A stretch of DNA of 64,000 nucleotides from Snodgrassella alvi (GTDB taxonomy: Bacteria; Pseudomonadota; Gammaproteobacteria; Burkholderiales; Neisseriaceae): assembly GCA_946478525.1 (NCBI GenBank), contig CAMLCH010000006.1, positions 22,210 to 86,209 of the forward strand, given 5' to 3'. Below, one piece after another: positions 10,987-20,966 of this stretch. The translations under genes were made by a program, and so were the position numbers. The stretch's first letter is position 1. The number at the start of each line of letters is the position of its first letter. The notes below the pieces were generated by a model. That model was not told where the DNA came from. It ran no database searches and was given only the letters and a program-made list of their open reading frames with translations.

Positions 10987-11737
10987 TGCGCCGGCGTTAA
11001 AACGGTTATGTCGCTGGCTTTATTTTGGCATAATATTGTGTTTGTTGGCAGCAGCAGGAATGTGGCTTGTGCAGTCCCCTTACTTTCCTATACGTCATAT
11101 TAAGGTTGCACATCCATTAAAACACGTGCAGACTGGAGAAATTGAATCGATCAGTAGACAATATTTGTATGGCAATATTTTTAACGTTAATGTTAATGCA
11201 GCCAGAGTTGAGTTGGCAAAACTCCCTTGGGTGGCATCGGCGCAGGTGAAAAGGGTTTGGCCGGATACCGTTTTATTGGAAATCAATGAACGAGAACCTA
11301 TTGCACGCTGGCATACGGGCTTACTGGTTGACACTAACGGGCAATTATTTCAGGCACAAGTGCAGGAGACCTTACCGTTATTGGTGGGGGCGGAAAGTTC
11401 GGTTCGCTTTATGACTGTGAATTTGTTAATATTTGAAAATTTACTTCGTCCTACAGATTTGCATATTCGTGAGCTGCATTTAAGCAATCGTTCTGCATGG
11501 GATATAGTATTAAATAATGGTATTACCCTGCGTTTGGGGCGAGAAGATGTGGAAACAAGGTTGTCCCATTTTATTTGGGCATGGCCAAAAGTATTGCGTA
11601 AACAGGCCAGTGATATTGATTATGTGGATTTGCGTTATCCGGATGGTTTTGCATTACGGCATAAAAATAAAGCCGTAGAACAGCATAGAATAAATGAGCT
11701 ACCACCTAATTCGGACACTAGTCAAAATCCGCTCTAA
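10970..11737 (+). CDS. ftsQ: Cell division protein FtsQ
   Basis: Single N-terminal TM segment followed by a POTRA-like region, located between ddl and ftsA. Its start overlaps the ddl 3' end. Confidence 0.8.
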   Translation: MRLWDNAPALKRLCRWLYFGIILCLLAAAGMWLVQSPYFPIRHIKVAHPLKHVQTGEIESISRQYLYGNIFNVNVNAARVELAKLPWVASAQVKRVWPDTVLLEINEREPIARWHTGLLVDTNGQLFQAQVQETLPLLVGAESSVRFMTVNLLIFENLLRPTDLHIRELHLSNRSAWDIVLNNGITLRLGREDVETRLSHFIWAWPKVLRKQASDIDYVDLRYPDGFALRHKNKAVEQHRINELPPNSDTSQNPL

Positions 11738-11779
11738 CTGGTAAATGAGCAAGCCAATTGATTATTTGTTTTTAAAGTG

Positions 11780-13021
11780 ATGACCATGGTTAAAGGAAAA
11801 AAATACATCAGTGCATTGGATATCGGAACGTCAAAAGTAATTGCACTTATTGGTGAAATACAGGAAGACAACGAAATTCACATTGTTGGTTTAGGACAGG
11901 CGCCATCACGAGGCTTAAAGGCCGGGATGGTAACCAATATTGAAACCACGGCACAAGCTATCAAGCAAGCCATGGAAGAAGCACAGATGATGGCAGATGT
12001 ACCACTGGGCACAGTAACAACTGGTATAGCTGGTAATCATATTCGTAGTTTTAACTCTCAAGGCGTAGTTAAAATTAAAGATGGCGAAGTTAGTCAGGCT
12101 GATATTGATCGTGCCATCGACACAGCAAAGGCAATTAATATTCCGCCTGATCATGATATTCTTCATACTGTCGTACAGGAATTCATCATTGATAATCAAC
12201 CTGGTGTGCGTGAACCAATTGGCATGAGTGGGGTACGACTGGATACACGTATTCATATTATTACCGGTGCAGTAACAGCCATGCAGAATATCCAGAAATG
12301 TGTGAATCGCTGTGGCTTAAACATTGATAAAATGATCTTACAACCTTTAGCCAGTGGGCAGGCTGTTTTGACCGATGATGAAAAAGATCTTGGGGTATGC
12401 GTGATTGATATCGGTGGCGGAACGACCGATATTGCTGTTTATACAAACGGAGCCATTCGGCATACTGCGGTTATTCCGGTGGCGGGTGATTTAATTACAA
12501 AGGATCTGGCACAAGCTTTGCGGACACCGCACAGTGCTGCTGAATATATTAAAATCAACCATGGAGTAGCTTTGGCTAACATGGATGGTCTTGATGATAT
12601 GGTAGAAGTACCCAGTGTAGGTGATCGCAATCCACGGCAGATTTCGCGTCGTACGTTGGCTAGTGTTATCGGACCGCGGGTTGAAGAGATACTGGAGCTT
12701 ACTCTTAATGAATTACGTCGATCCGGCTTTCCGGAAGAAGTACTAACTTCAGGAATCGTACTTACCGGTGGTGCTTCATTGTTACCGGGTATGGTCGAAC
12801 TGGCTGAAGATGTATTTAACCTGCCAACCCGAATTGGTGTACCTAAAGAAATGGGTGGTGTATCTGAGCGGATCCGTAATCCTCGTTATGCAACTGCAAT
12901 TGGTTTATTACAGTCTGCCAGTGAGGATGATAACAAAACGGACGGATCAGTACAGGTAAACAATGAACCGAACCAATCTTGGTTAAGTAAATTTCAAGCA
13001 TGGTTTAAAAACAATTTTTAA
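11780..13021 (+). CDS. ftsA: Cell division protein FtsA
   Basis: Actin-like ATPase motifs (LDIGTSKV, VIDIGGGTTDIAV) and a C-terminal amphipathic helix (WLSKFQAWFKNNF). Confidence 0.9.
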   Translation: MTMVKGKKYISALDIGTSKVIALIGEIQEDNEIHIVGLGQAPSRGLKAGMVTNIETTAQAIKQAMEEAQMMADVPLGTVTTGIAGNHIRSFNSQGVVKIKDGEVSQADIDRAIDTAKAINIPPDHDILHTVVQEFIIDNQPGVREPIGMSGVRLDTRIHIITGAVTAMQNIQKCVNRCGLNIDKMILQPLASGQAVLTDDEKDLGVCVIDIGGGTTDIAVYTNGAIRHTAVIPVAGDLITKDLAQALRTPHSAAEYIKINHGVALANMDGLDDMVEVPSVGDRNPRQISRRTLASVIGPRVEEILELTLNELRRSGFPEEVLTSGIVLTGGASLLPGMVELAEDVFNLPTRIGVPKEMGGVSERIRNPRYATAIGLLQSASEDDNKTDGSVQVNNEPNQSWLSKFQAWFKNNF

Positions 13022-13136
13022 CATTAATTAGATTTAATATGACATAGGTTTTGCGTAAAGTATGGAAGTGTCTATATAATGATAGCTATCTATAAAACGA
13101 ATAAGACTAAAGCGTGGGTTTTGTCAGGAGACATAA

Positions 13137-14315
13137 ATGCAACTGGTATATGATGTAGTAGAAGCAGCTGTCGGTGCCGCAGTCATAAAAGTCATCGGTA
13201 TCGGTGGTGGTGGTTGTAATGCTATCAATAATATGGTAGAAAACGCCGTTGGCGGTATAGAATTTATCAGCGCCAATACCGACGCGCAAAGCCTGCAAAA
13301 TAGTAAAGCTTCAAAACGGATTCAGCTTGGTAATAATCTTACTCGTGGGTTGGGTGCCGGAGCTGACCCGGAAATTGGACGTAATGCTGCAATGGAAGAC
13401 CGTGAGTCTTTGGTCGATGCTATTCGTGGGGCAAATATGTTATTCATCACCACTGGTATGGGCGGTGGTACCGGTACAGGTGCAGCGCCGGTGGTGGCAG
13501 AATTGGCCAAGGAAATGGGGATTCTAACCGTTGCTGTGGTAACCCGTCCTTTTGAATATGAAGGTAAACGTATTCAGGTCGCAAATAATGGTATTGAAAT
13601 CCTGAAAAATACCGTTGATTCTTTGATCGTAATTCCCAACGATAAGCTGACGTCTGCACTAGGTGAAGATGTTAGTATGCGTGAAGCTTTCCGTGCTGCT
13701 GATAGTGTGTTACGTAATGCAGTTGCCGGTATTGCTGAAGTGATTACCAATCCGGGCATTATTAATCTGGACTTTGCGGACGTGAAAAATGTCATGAGTA
13801 TTATGGGCATGGCTATGATGGGTTCCGGTAACGCGCATGGTATTGATCGTGCCCGTATTGCCACCGAACAGGCCATTGCCAGTCCATTATTGGATGATGT
13901 TACTTTAGATGGAGCTCAGGGAGTGTTGGTAAATATCACTACAGCTCCCGGTTGTCTGAAAATGTCTGAGTATAAAGAAATCATGAGTATGATTGATGAG
14001 TATGCTCATCCAGATGCCGCATTGAAATACGGTACTTCTGAAGATGAAAGCATGGAAGAAGGTGAAATCCGCGTTACCATCATTGCCACAGGATTACAGG
14101 AACAGAAAAGCTTGCATCAGCAGCAAGCATCTAATCTGCGTGTCGTACATTCTGCTCAGGCAACTGGCACAGATGATGCCTATCCTGATATTGGTAGTGT
14201 AGTACGTTCAGGACGAAGTGCACGTAGTATGAATCTTGCTGCCGCTGATTTTTCGAATCAGTCAGTACTGGATGATTTTGAAATACCCGCTGTTATTCGC
14301 CGTCAGGCCGATTAA
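13137..14315 (+). CDS. ftsZ: Cell division GTPase FtsZ
   Basis: Tubulin signature GGGTGTGAAPV, the IGIGGGGCNA motif, and a conserved C-terminal peptide (DDFEIPAVIRRQAD). Confidence 0.95.
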   Translation: MQLVYDVVEAAVGAAVIKVIGIGGGGCNAINNMVENAVGGIEFISANTDAQSLQNSKASKRIQLGNNLTRGLGAGADPEIGRNAAMEDRESLVDAIRGANMLFITTGMGGGTGTGAAPVVAELAKEMGILTVAVVTRPFEYEGKRIQVANNGIEILKNTVDSLIVIPNDKLTSALGEDVSMREAFRAADSVLRNAVAGIAEVITNPGIINLDFADVKNVMSIMGMAMMGSGNAHGIDRARIATEQAIASPLLDDVTLDGAQGVLVNITTAPGCLKMSEYKEIMSMIDEYAHPDAALKYGTSEDESMEEGEIRVTIIATGLQEQKSLHQQQASNLRVVHSAQATGTDDAYPDIGSVVRSGRSARSMNLAAADFSNQSVLDDFEIPAVIRRQAD

Positions 14316-14332
14316 TCTTATTTATTTAAAGG

Positions 14333-14365
14333 AGCTGCCCAGAACGATTCTGGGCAGCTTTTTTT
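14333..14365 (+). terminator. Rho-independent terminator after ftsZ
   Basis: Perfect 11-bp stem agctgcccaga / tctgggcagct (14333-14343 and 14349-14359), a 5-nt loop, then a T run. Confidence 0.8.
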
Positions 14366-14607
14366 AATTATTCACATTCAGTTAATGAATTCATGCATTT
14401 CGAATTAATATTTTACTGTTAGCGGATTTTTTACGACACTTTAAATGATTAATTAATATAAATTTGATCAATATTTGTGAATATGTGTTAATAAAAAATG
14501 ATTGATTAGAACCAGAGAAATCGTAATCTGCTTTGGAAAGAACACACTAATCACTTACAATAAACATAGATGACTGCTTTTAAGACAATTTGTTAAGTCA
14601 ATTAAAT

Positions 14608-16923
14608 ATGAATGATGTAACTCCTCAAATTAATCACACTGATGATTTTTTGCTTCTCGGTCAATATGCTGAACAGGCCTATTTATCTTATGCCATGAGT
14701 GTAGTCAAAGGTCGGGCCTTACCTGATGTTGCAGACGGTCAAAAACCGGTACAGCGACGAATTTTATACGCCATGAAAGACATGGGATTGGTTCATGGTG
14801 CCAAACCGGTTAAATCAGCACGTGTTGTTGGTGAGATTCTGGGTAAATATCACCCTCATGGCGATGCTTCTGCCTATGATGCGATGGTGCGGATGGCGCA
14901 GGATTTTATGCTGCGATACCCTCTGATTGATGGTATTGGTAATTTTGGTTCGCGTGATGGTGACAGTGCAGCGGCAATGCGTTATACCGAAGCCAGATTA
15001 ACCCCTATGGCTGAGTTACTGCTATCCGAATTGGATATGGGAACGGTAGACTTTACACCCAACTATGACGGCGCTTTTGTTGAACCAGTAGTATTGCCTG
15101 CACGATTACCAATGGTATTACTTAACGGCGCATCTGGGATTGCTGTTGGTTTGGCTACTGAAATTCCTTCCCATAATCTGCGTGAGATCAGTGCTGCAGC
15201 GGTGGCTTTATTAAAACAGCCTGAACTGGATATAGCTGCACTGATGGACTATATTCCGGGCCCGGACTTTGCCGGTGGTGGGCAGATTATCAGTAAAAAA
15301 GAAGATATTCAGGCTATTTATGCACAAGGCAAAGGAAGTATTCGGGTGCGTGCACGCTATGAGATTGAAAAGCTTGCCCGTGGACACTGGCGTGCTATTG
15401 TCACTGAATTGCCACCTGGAACCTCAGCACAAAAAATTCTGGCAGAAGTCGAAGAGCAGACCAATCCAAAACCGAAAACAGGTAAGAAAAATCTGTCTCA
15501 GGAACAACAAAACACCCGTACATTGATGTTGTCACTTCTGGATCGCGTACGGGATGAATCAGACGGCCAATCACCAGTGCGCTTGGTATTTGAACCAAAA
15601 TCCAGTCGCCAGAATCCTGATGATTTTATGAATACCTTAATGGTACAGACAAGTCTTGAAGGTAATGTACCAATTAATCTGGTCATGATGGGGCAGGATA
15701 ACAGACCTGCGCAAAAGAATCTGAAAGAAATTCTGCGTGAATGGTTAGATTTCCGCTTACTGACAATCACGAGACGATTGCAATATCGTCTTGAACAGGT
15801 TGAAAAAAGAATTCATATACTTGAAGGCAGACAGATTTCCTTTTTACATATCGATGAAGTTATTCGGGTAATTCGGGATTCTGAAGAACCAAAAACGGAA
15901 TTAATGTCTGCATTTGGCTTAAGTGCGATACAGGCTGAAGATATTCTTGAGATTCGGTTACGACAGCTGGCGCGTCTGGAATGGATCAAGCTTGAAACTG
16001 AATTAAATAAGTTGCAACAGGAACGGGATGAATTAACAACTTTGTTACGTGACGAAAAAGCCAAAAAGAAACTCATTATTAAAGAAATAGAAAGAGACAC
16101 CAAAACTTTTGGTGATCAGCGTCGCACCTTAATTGAACCAGCACCAAGAGCTACTTTAACTCAAACTACTGCTGATGAACCTATTACCATAGTGTTATCG
16201 AAAAAAGGCTGGCTTAAAACGCGGGCGGGTCATAATCTGGATCTGAGTCAAACTACTTTTAAAGAAGGCGATGATTTATTGCAGATAGTAGAAGGACGCA
16301 GTATCTGGCCAGTTGTTTTACTGGATTCACTTGGTCGTACCTACACAGTTGAAGCGACCAATATTCCGGGTGGCAGAGGTGATGGTGTTCCTGTTGGCTC
16401 CTTGGTTGAATTGGCTAAGGGTGTTGAAATCGTGGCTATCATCAGTGCATTACCAGAACAATATTATTTACTTGCCAACAGCAGTGGTTATGGCTTTATC
16501 GTACAAATGAAAGATTTAATTAGTCGCACTAAAAATGGCAAGGTTGTCATGACTGTTAATCCTAATGAAATCATGTTGCCACCGGTCATGATATCCACTA
16601 CTAGTTTCCATTCAGCTATGACCAATATAGTGATGATCTCCAGTGCTAATCGTTTGTTGGCATTTCATTTAAATGAACTTAAGGTGATGAGTAAAGGGCG
16701 CGGTTTGCAGCTAATAAGCCTACAAAAAGGCGATACATTACAGTTTGTTACACTTGTTTCCGGTCATGAATTTGTACTGGAGACTCGGGGTAAGCGTGGT
16801 GCCAGCCATCAAGAAACATTACGTATACAGGATATCGCTAATAAACGTGGGCATAAAGGTAAAGAGTTGACGGTAAATGGCAGCATATTTGCTGTTCGTA
16901 GTGATATAGCCATAAAGAGTTAA
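14608..16923 (+). CDS. parC: DNA topoisomerase IV subunit A
   Basis: N-terminus [33 protein letters not shown] and the active-site region [10 protein letters not shown]. Its length of about 770 aa is shorter than typical GyrA. ATG 14608 is preferred over TTG 14590. Confidence 0.85.
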   Translation: MNDVTPQINHTDDFLLLGQYAEQAYLSYAMSVVKGRALPDVADGQKPVQRRILYAMKDMGLVHGAKPVKSARVVGEILGKYHPHGDASAYDAMVRMAQDFMLRYPLIDGIGNFGSRDGDSAAAMRYTEARLTPMAELLLSELDMGTVDFTPNYDGAFVEPVVLPARLPMVLLNGASGIAVGLATEIPSHNLREISAAAVALLKQPELDIAALMDYIPGPDFAGGGQIISKKEDIQAIYAQGKGSIRVRARYEIEKLARGHWRAIVTELPPGTSAQKILAEVEEQTNPKPKTGKKNLSQEQQNTRTLMLSLLDRVRDESDGQSPVRLVFEPKSSRQNPDDFMNTLMVQTSLEGNVPINLVMMGQDNRPAQKNLKEILREWLDFRLLTITRRLQYRLEQVEKRIHILEGRQISFLHIDEVIRVIRDSEEPKTELMSAFGLSAIQAEDILEIRLRQLARLEWIKLETELNKLQQERDELTTLLRDEKAKKKLIIKEIERDTKTFGDQRRTLIEPAPRATLTQTTADEPITIVLSKKGWLKTRAGHNLDLSQTTFKEGDDLLQIVEGRSIWPVVLLDSLGRTYTVEATNIPGGRGDGVPVGSLVELAKGVEIVAIISALPEQYYLLANSSGYGFIVQMKDLISRTKNGKVVMTVNPNEIMLPPVMISTTSFHSAMTNIVMISSANRLLAFHLNELKVMSKGRGLQLISLQKGDTLQFVTLVSGHEFVLETRGKRGASHQETLRIQDIANKRGHKGKELTVNGSIFAVRSDIAIKS

Positions 16924-16928
16924 TAGTG

Positions 16929-18503
16929 ATGAAAAAAGGCATTGAGGGCTGGCAGCCTTATCTGGATAGACTTTCAGCCTTATTAAATATAGCGCGGGTA
17001 AGTCTGCTGTTCTCAATTATGACTTTTTATGTTCTTACCCGTGATATTGATGGACTGGGCTTATCAGCTGCAAATTTCAATAAAATTGAACTATACAGCT
17101 GGATCAGTATTTATGGGTGTCTGATTCTTTTTTCGATGCTAGTACCACGCTGGCAAAATCAGACAGATGCTCTCCCGAATGTCAATTCAGTCGTAGATAT
17201 CACTATGATAGCCTGGTTAATGAGTATGGCGGGTGGTGTGGATAGCGGCTTTGGTATTTTATTATTGCCTTTTATTGCTTCAGCCTGTCTGTTTAGTCGT
17301 GGTCGGTATCCGATGATTTATGCCGGCTATGTTTCATTGTTTATCACTATCATTACCATTTTTCAACTTGGTCGCGACGGTTTTGATAACCTTAATTTTC
17401 GTATCTGTTCTACGGCCATTATGCTGATTGTTGGTGCATTTCTGGTGGCCGGTTTGACTTCATTTGTGGCTAAGACTTTGGCTCGGTCACAAAATCAACA
17501 GTTAATACAATCACAGTTGTTAACCAATTATAAAAATTTGCTAGTCAGTGCCTTTAACTTTGTACAGGAAGCGGTCGTGGTATTGGATGAAGCTGGGTAT
17601 GTATGGTTAATGAACCGTCGGGCGCAAAATTTTTTTCCAGATTTGGTGGTGGATAAAAAAACCACTCTTTTCAGAGAAATTATGGTCGAGCGTCTACGAA
17701 GGAAGCGTCATTTTTTTGAATGTAGCTGTACTTTAGGTAAGTGGCCAATGCGTGTGCGGGTACGCATGTTACACGAAGCAAATAAACCTTTATTAATTCT
17801 CTCCATGCGCTCAGAAACAGAAATAGATCAGGAAGCAATGGCAATTAAGCTGGCTTCTCTGGGGCAGTTAACAGCTAATCTAGCTCATGAGATCCGTAAT
17901 CCCATGTCGGCTATACGTCAGGCTAATGAATTATTACAAGAAGATGAACAGAACCCGGCACAGTTACGCTTGTTTAACATTATAGACAATAATATTGGTC
18001 GTATTGATAAGATGCTGGAAGATATTAGTACGCTTAATAAACGCGACAAAATAGATAAACACGCAGTGAATTTCACAAAATTCTGGACTGCATTCGTTCA
18101 GGAATTCACCATGATTAAACCAGAGACTCAATATTGTGTGCAAATGTCTATGGATAAAAATCTTTTAGTACTCTGGTGTGATCCGGTGCATTTACAACAA
18201 ATCATCTGGAATTTGATGAATAATGCTTGGCGACATAGCAGACAGGATCATAACGCTATTCAGGTTTTAGTGCGTGAACGTGGGCGTGATAAAATAGCTA
18301 TTATCGTAATTGATAATGGTCCTGGGGTGAGTGTAGAAAATCAATTGCGTCTATTTGAACCTTTTTTTACCACTGAGTCCAGCGGAACTGGACTAGGTTT
18401 ATATGTGGCTCGTGAACTAGCTCAGGCTAATCATGGTCAGCTGAGTTATCATCCGAAAATAAATGGATTCGAGCTGCTTTTACCAAGGATGATAGATGAG
18501 TAA
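16929..18503 (+). CDS. Sensor histidine kinase with a polytopic N-terminal membrane domain (PilS-like)
   Basis: About six predicted TM helices, the H-box LAHEIRNPMSAI, N-box NLMNNAWRH, and G-box GTGLGLYVA. It is translationally coupled to an NtrC-family regulator. Confidence 0.7.
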   Translation: MKKGIEGWQPYLDRLSALLNIARVSLLFSIMTFYVLTRDIDGLGLSAANFNKIELYSWISIYGCLILFSMLVPRWQNQTDALPNVNSVVDITMIAWLMSMAGGVDSGFGILLLPFIASACLFSRGRYPMIYAGYVSLFITIITIFQLGRDGFDNLNFRICSTAIMLIVGAFLVAGLTSFVAKTLARSQNQQLIQSQLLTNYKNLLVSAFNFVQEAVVVLDEAGYVWLMNRRAQNFFPDLVVDKKTTLFREIMVERLRRKRHFFECSCTLGKWPMRVRVRMLHEANKPLLILSMRSETEIDQEAMAIKLASLGQLTANLAHEIRNPMSAIRQANELLQEDEQNPAQLRLFNIIDNNIGRIDKMLEDISTLNKRDKIDKHAVNFTKFWTAFVQEFTMIKPETQYCVQMSMDKNLLVLWCDPVHLQQIIWNLMNNAWRHSRQDHNAIQVLVRERGRDKIAIIVIDNGPGVSVENQLRLFEPFFTTESSGTGLGLYVARELAQANHGQLSYHPKINGFELLLPRMIDE

Positions 18504-19983
18504 CCAGATAGATTTAAAAAAGCCGGTATTAATAATCGATGATGAAGCCGATATCCGCGATCTGATGGAATTAACACTAGTCAAAATGGGGCTTTCAGTA
18601 CAAACGGCTGTTGGTGTAACAGAAGCCAAAAAAGCACTTGATAAACAAGCATTTTCATTAGTTTTGACTGATATGCGGATGCCAGATGGATCAGGGCTGG
18701 AAGTAGTAGATCATATCATGGCTAAAAATCTGGATACGCCAGTAGCGGTTATAACTGCTTATGGTAGTGCCGAACAGGCTGTAGAAGCATTAAAAAATGG
18801 TGCTTTTGATTATCTGCAGAAGCCAATTACATTGGCACAATTACGCACACTGGTAAAGTCAGTGATTAAAATTAATAATGAACAGGCTGTATCAGAAGTT
18901 GTGGATAAAGCTTCTATTAAAAGCAAACCTGTCTCTAAAAATCAGCTGCAAGAAGAAAAGACGTCAGTAGCGGAAGTAAAACCGCAACCTAATCAACGTT
19001 TGCTTGGCAATTCGCCATTAATAGAAGAAGTACGACAACTGGTTGCCAAACTAGCCAACACCAATGTACCAGTTTATATCGCAGGTGAATCTGGAAGTGG
19101 TAAAGAGCAGGCGGCACGCAGCATACATGAGCAATCTTCCCGTAAAGATAGAGCTTTTGTGGCGGTCAATTGTGGTGCTATACCAGAAGCGTTGATGGAA
19201 AGTGAGTTTTTTGGTTATAAAAAGGGTAGCTTTACTGGAGCAGATAAGGATAAAGATGGCTTTTTTCAGTATGCTAATGGTGGCACATTGTTTCTAGATG
19301 AAGTGGCAGATTTACCATTATCAATGCAGGTAAAATTATTAAGGGTTATTCAGGAACGCGCTGTTCGCAGAATAGGCGAGATGGAAGAAAAACGGATTGA
19401 TGTACGCTTGATCTGTGCCACACATAAAGATTTAAATGCTTTAGTTGAGTCTGGACAGTTCCGGCAGGATTTATTTTATCGCCTCAATGTAGTTTCCATG
19501 ACCATGCCGCCTCTACGTGAATTACGTGATGATTTGCCAGAACTGATTCGTATTTTATTGTGCAGAATTCCACAAAGTGAAGATCTGACTTTGACGCCAG
19601 CTGCCCTAAAAGCGTTATGGCAATATAATTATCCCGGTAATTTTCGTGAGCTGGAAAATATTCTGGAGCGAGCGGTAGCATTATCAAAAAATAATCTCAT
19701 TGATGTAGACGATTTACAGATACAAAGCTATCAGTTTGAGACAGCACCTTCTTTAAACCAGAATGTATCAACTCTGGAAAACAAGCTGACGGAAACAACA
19801 GAAACTTTACAAAATTTTCGGCTCGGCTATACACAAATTCAGGATTATCTGGACGAAGTGGAACGTTGTATTCTTGAACAGGCTCTGGCTAGAACTCGCT
19901 TTAATCGCACACAGGCAGCCAAGCTTTTAGGTATCAGTTTTCGCTCTATGCGCTATCGTATGGAGCGGCTAGGTATCAGTTGA
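18496..19983 (+). CDS. Sigma54-dependent response regulator (NtrC family, PilR-like)
   Basis: REC domain (LVLTDMRMPDGSG), AAA+ Walker A GESGSGKE, a GAFTGA-type loop (GSFTGA), and a C-terminal Fis-type HTH (QAAKLLGISFRSMRYRM). Confidence 0.75.
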   Translation: MSNQIDLKKPVLIIDDEADIRDLMELTLVKMGLSVQTAVGVTEAKKALDKQAFSLVLTDMRMPDGSGLEVVDHIMAKNLDTPVAVITAYGSAEQAVEALKNGAFDYLQKPITLAQLRTLVKSVIKINNEQAVSEVVDKASIKSKPVSKNQLQEEKTSVAEVKPQPNQRLLGNSPLIEEVRQLVAKLANTNVPVYIAGESGSGKEQAARSIHEQSSRKDRAFVAVNCGAIPEALMESEFFGYKKGSFTGADKDKDGFFQYANGGTLFLDEVADLPLSMQVKLLRVIQERAVRRIGEMEEKRIDVRLICATHKDLNALVESGQFRQDLFYRLNVVSMTMPPLRELRDDLPELIRILLCRIPQSEDLTLTPAALKALWQYNYPGNFRELENILERAVALSKNNLIDVDDLQIQSYQFETAPSLNQNVSTLENKLTETTETLQNFRLGYTQIQDYLDEVERCILEQALARTRFNRTQAAKLLGISFRSMRYRMERLGIS

Positions 19984-20750
19984 TGGCAGCCAATCTTTCC
20001 ATATTAATCTGCCATGCACCTATACCGGTTTGGCTGGAGCAACAACTCCAACCATTATTTGCCAGTAAGGTACTTAATATGCAGTCGCAGCCTCCTGAGC
20101 AGGGGCTGTATTTAATTTATGATGATGCTGGACTGGGCATGGCTAAAGCGTCAGCGAAAGGTGTTGTGCGGGTTGATTTTGTGCAGGGAAAATTACGTCA
20201 CCGACGCTTATTTGGTGGGGGAGAATTAATTAACCGTGCTGTCAATGCAAAACACCAGCCAGTTGTGTGGGATGCAACAGGGGGATTAGGTCGAGATGCA
20301 TTTGTATTAGCTACTTCTGGACTGAAAACAGTGGTATTTGAACATAATTTTTTTGTTTATTTATTACTAGCTGATGGTTTGTATCGTGCCGGAGCTGATC
20401 AGCAGACAGCCAGTGTCACTGAACGTTTGCAACTGTATTATGGCAGTATACAGAGGATATCTGATAGTCAGTATATTGAACCTTTACCTGATGTGGTTTA
20501 TTTAGACCCGATGTACCCGCAAAAGCAGAAATCAGCTGCAGTTAAAAAGGAAATGGCTTATTTTCATGAATTAATTGGAACTGCAGATGAGCGTAATGAT
20601 CAGCTATTGCTTGAAACTGCTCAGAAAATTGCTCAGAAACGAGTCGTCGTAAAGCGTCCAGCCAATGGTGTATTTTTAGCAAACTGTCAGCCAGCTTTCC
20701 AGTATCAGGGTAAAACTACACGGTTTGATGTCTATTTGCCATTAAGTTAA
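19983..20750 (+). CDS. rsmJ: 16S rRNA (guanine1516-N2)-methyltransferase RsmJ
   Basis: VWDATGGLGRDAFVLA SAM-binding motif and the DPMYP motif typical of the RsmJ/YhiQ family. Confidence 0.8.
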   Translation: MAANLSILICHAPIPVWLEQQLQPLFASKVLNMQSQPPEQGLYLIYDDAGLGMAKASAKGVVRVDFVQGKLRHRRLFGGGELINRAVNAKHQPVVWDATGGLGRDAFVLATSGLKTVVFEHNFFVYLLLADGLYRAGADQQTASVTERLQLYYGSIQRISDSQYIEPLPDVVYLDPMYPQKQKSAAVKKEMAYFHELIGTADERNDQLLLETAQKIAQKRVVVKRPANGVFLANCQPAFQYQGKTTRFDVYLPLS

Positions 20751-20875
20751 TATTTTAAAATTGGAATTATTTTCAAAAATACCCTTATCACCAAACGGAT
20801 TTAAATAGTGATATTTAGTAACTTACTATAGTGCTTGGTAATACCCTTTTGTAAACAATTCATAAAGAAATGGTA

Positions 20876-20911
20876 ATGACTCATGAGCTGATTGATCAGC
20901 TCATGAGTCAT
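20876..20911. terminator. Perfect 16-bp-stem hairpin between the convergent rsmJ and kinase genes
   Basis: Arms atgactcatgagctga and tcagctcatgagtcat with loop ttga. There is no clean T run on either side, so terminator function is inferred from position only. Confidence 0.5.
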
Positions 20912-20966
20912 CGTAATAAATTGATTATTTTTGTGATTAAAAAACAACTTTAGTACTCATTAATAA

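Noticed and set aside
20876-20950. Mini-ORF MTHELIDQLMSHRNKLIIFVIKKQL starting inside the palindrome
   Set aside because: The ATG is a by-product of the palindrome sequence. There is no RBS, and the ORF is only 25 codons.
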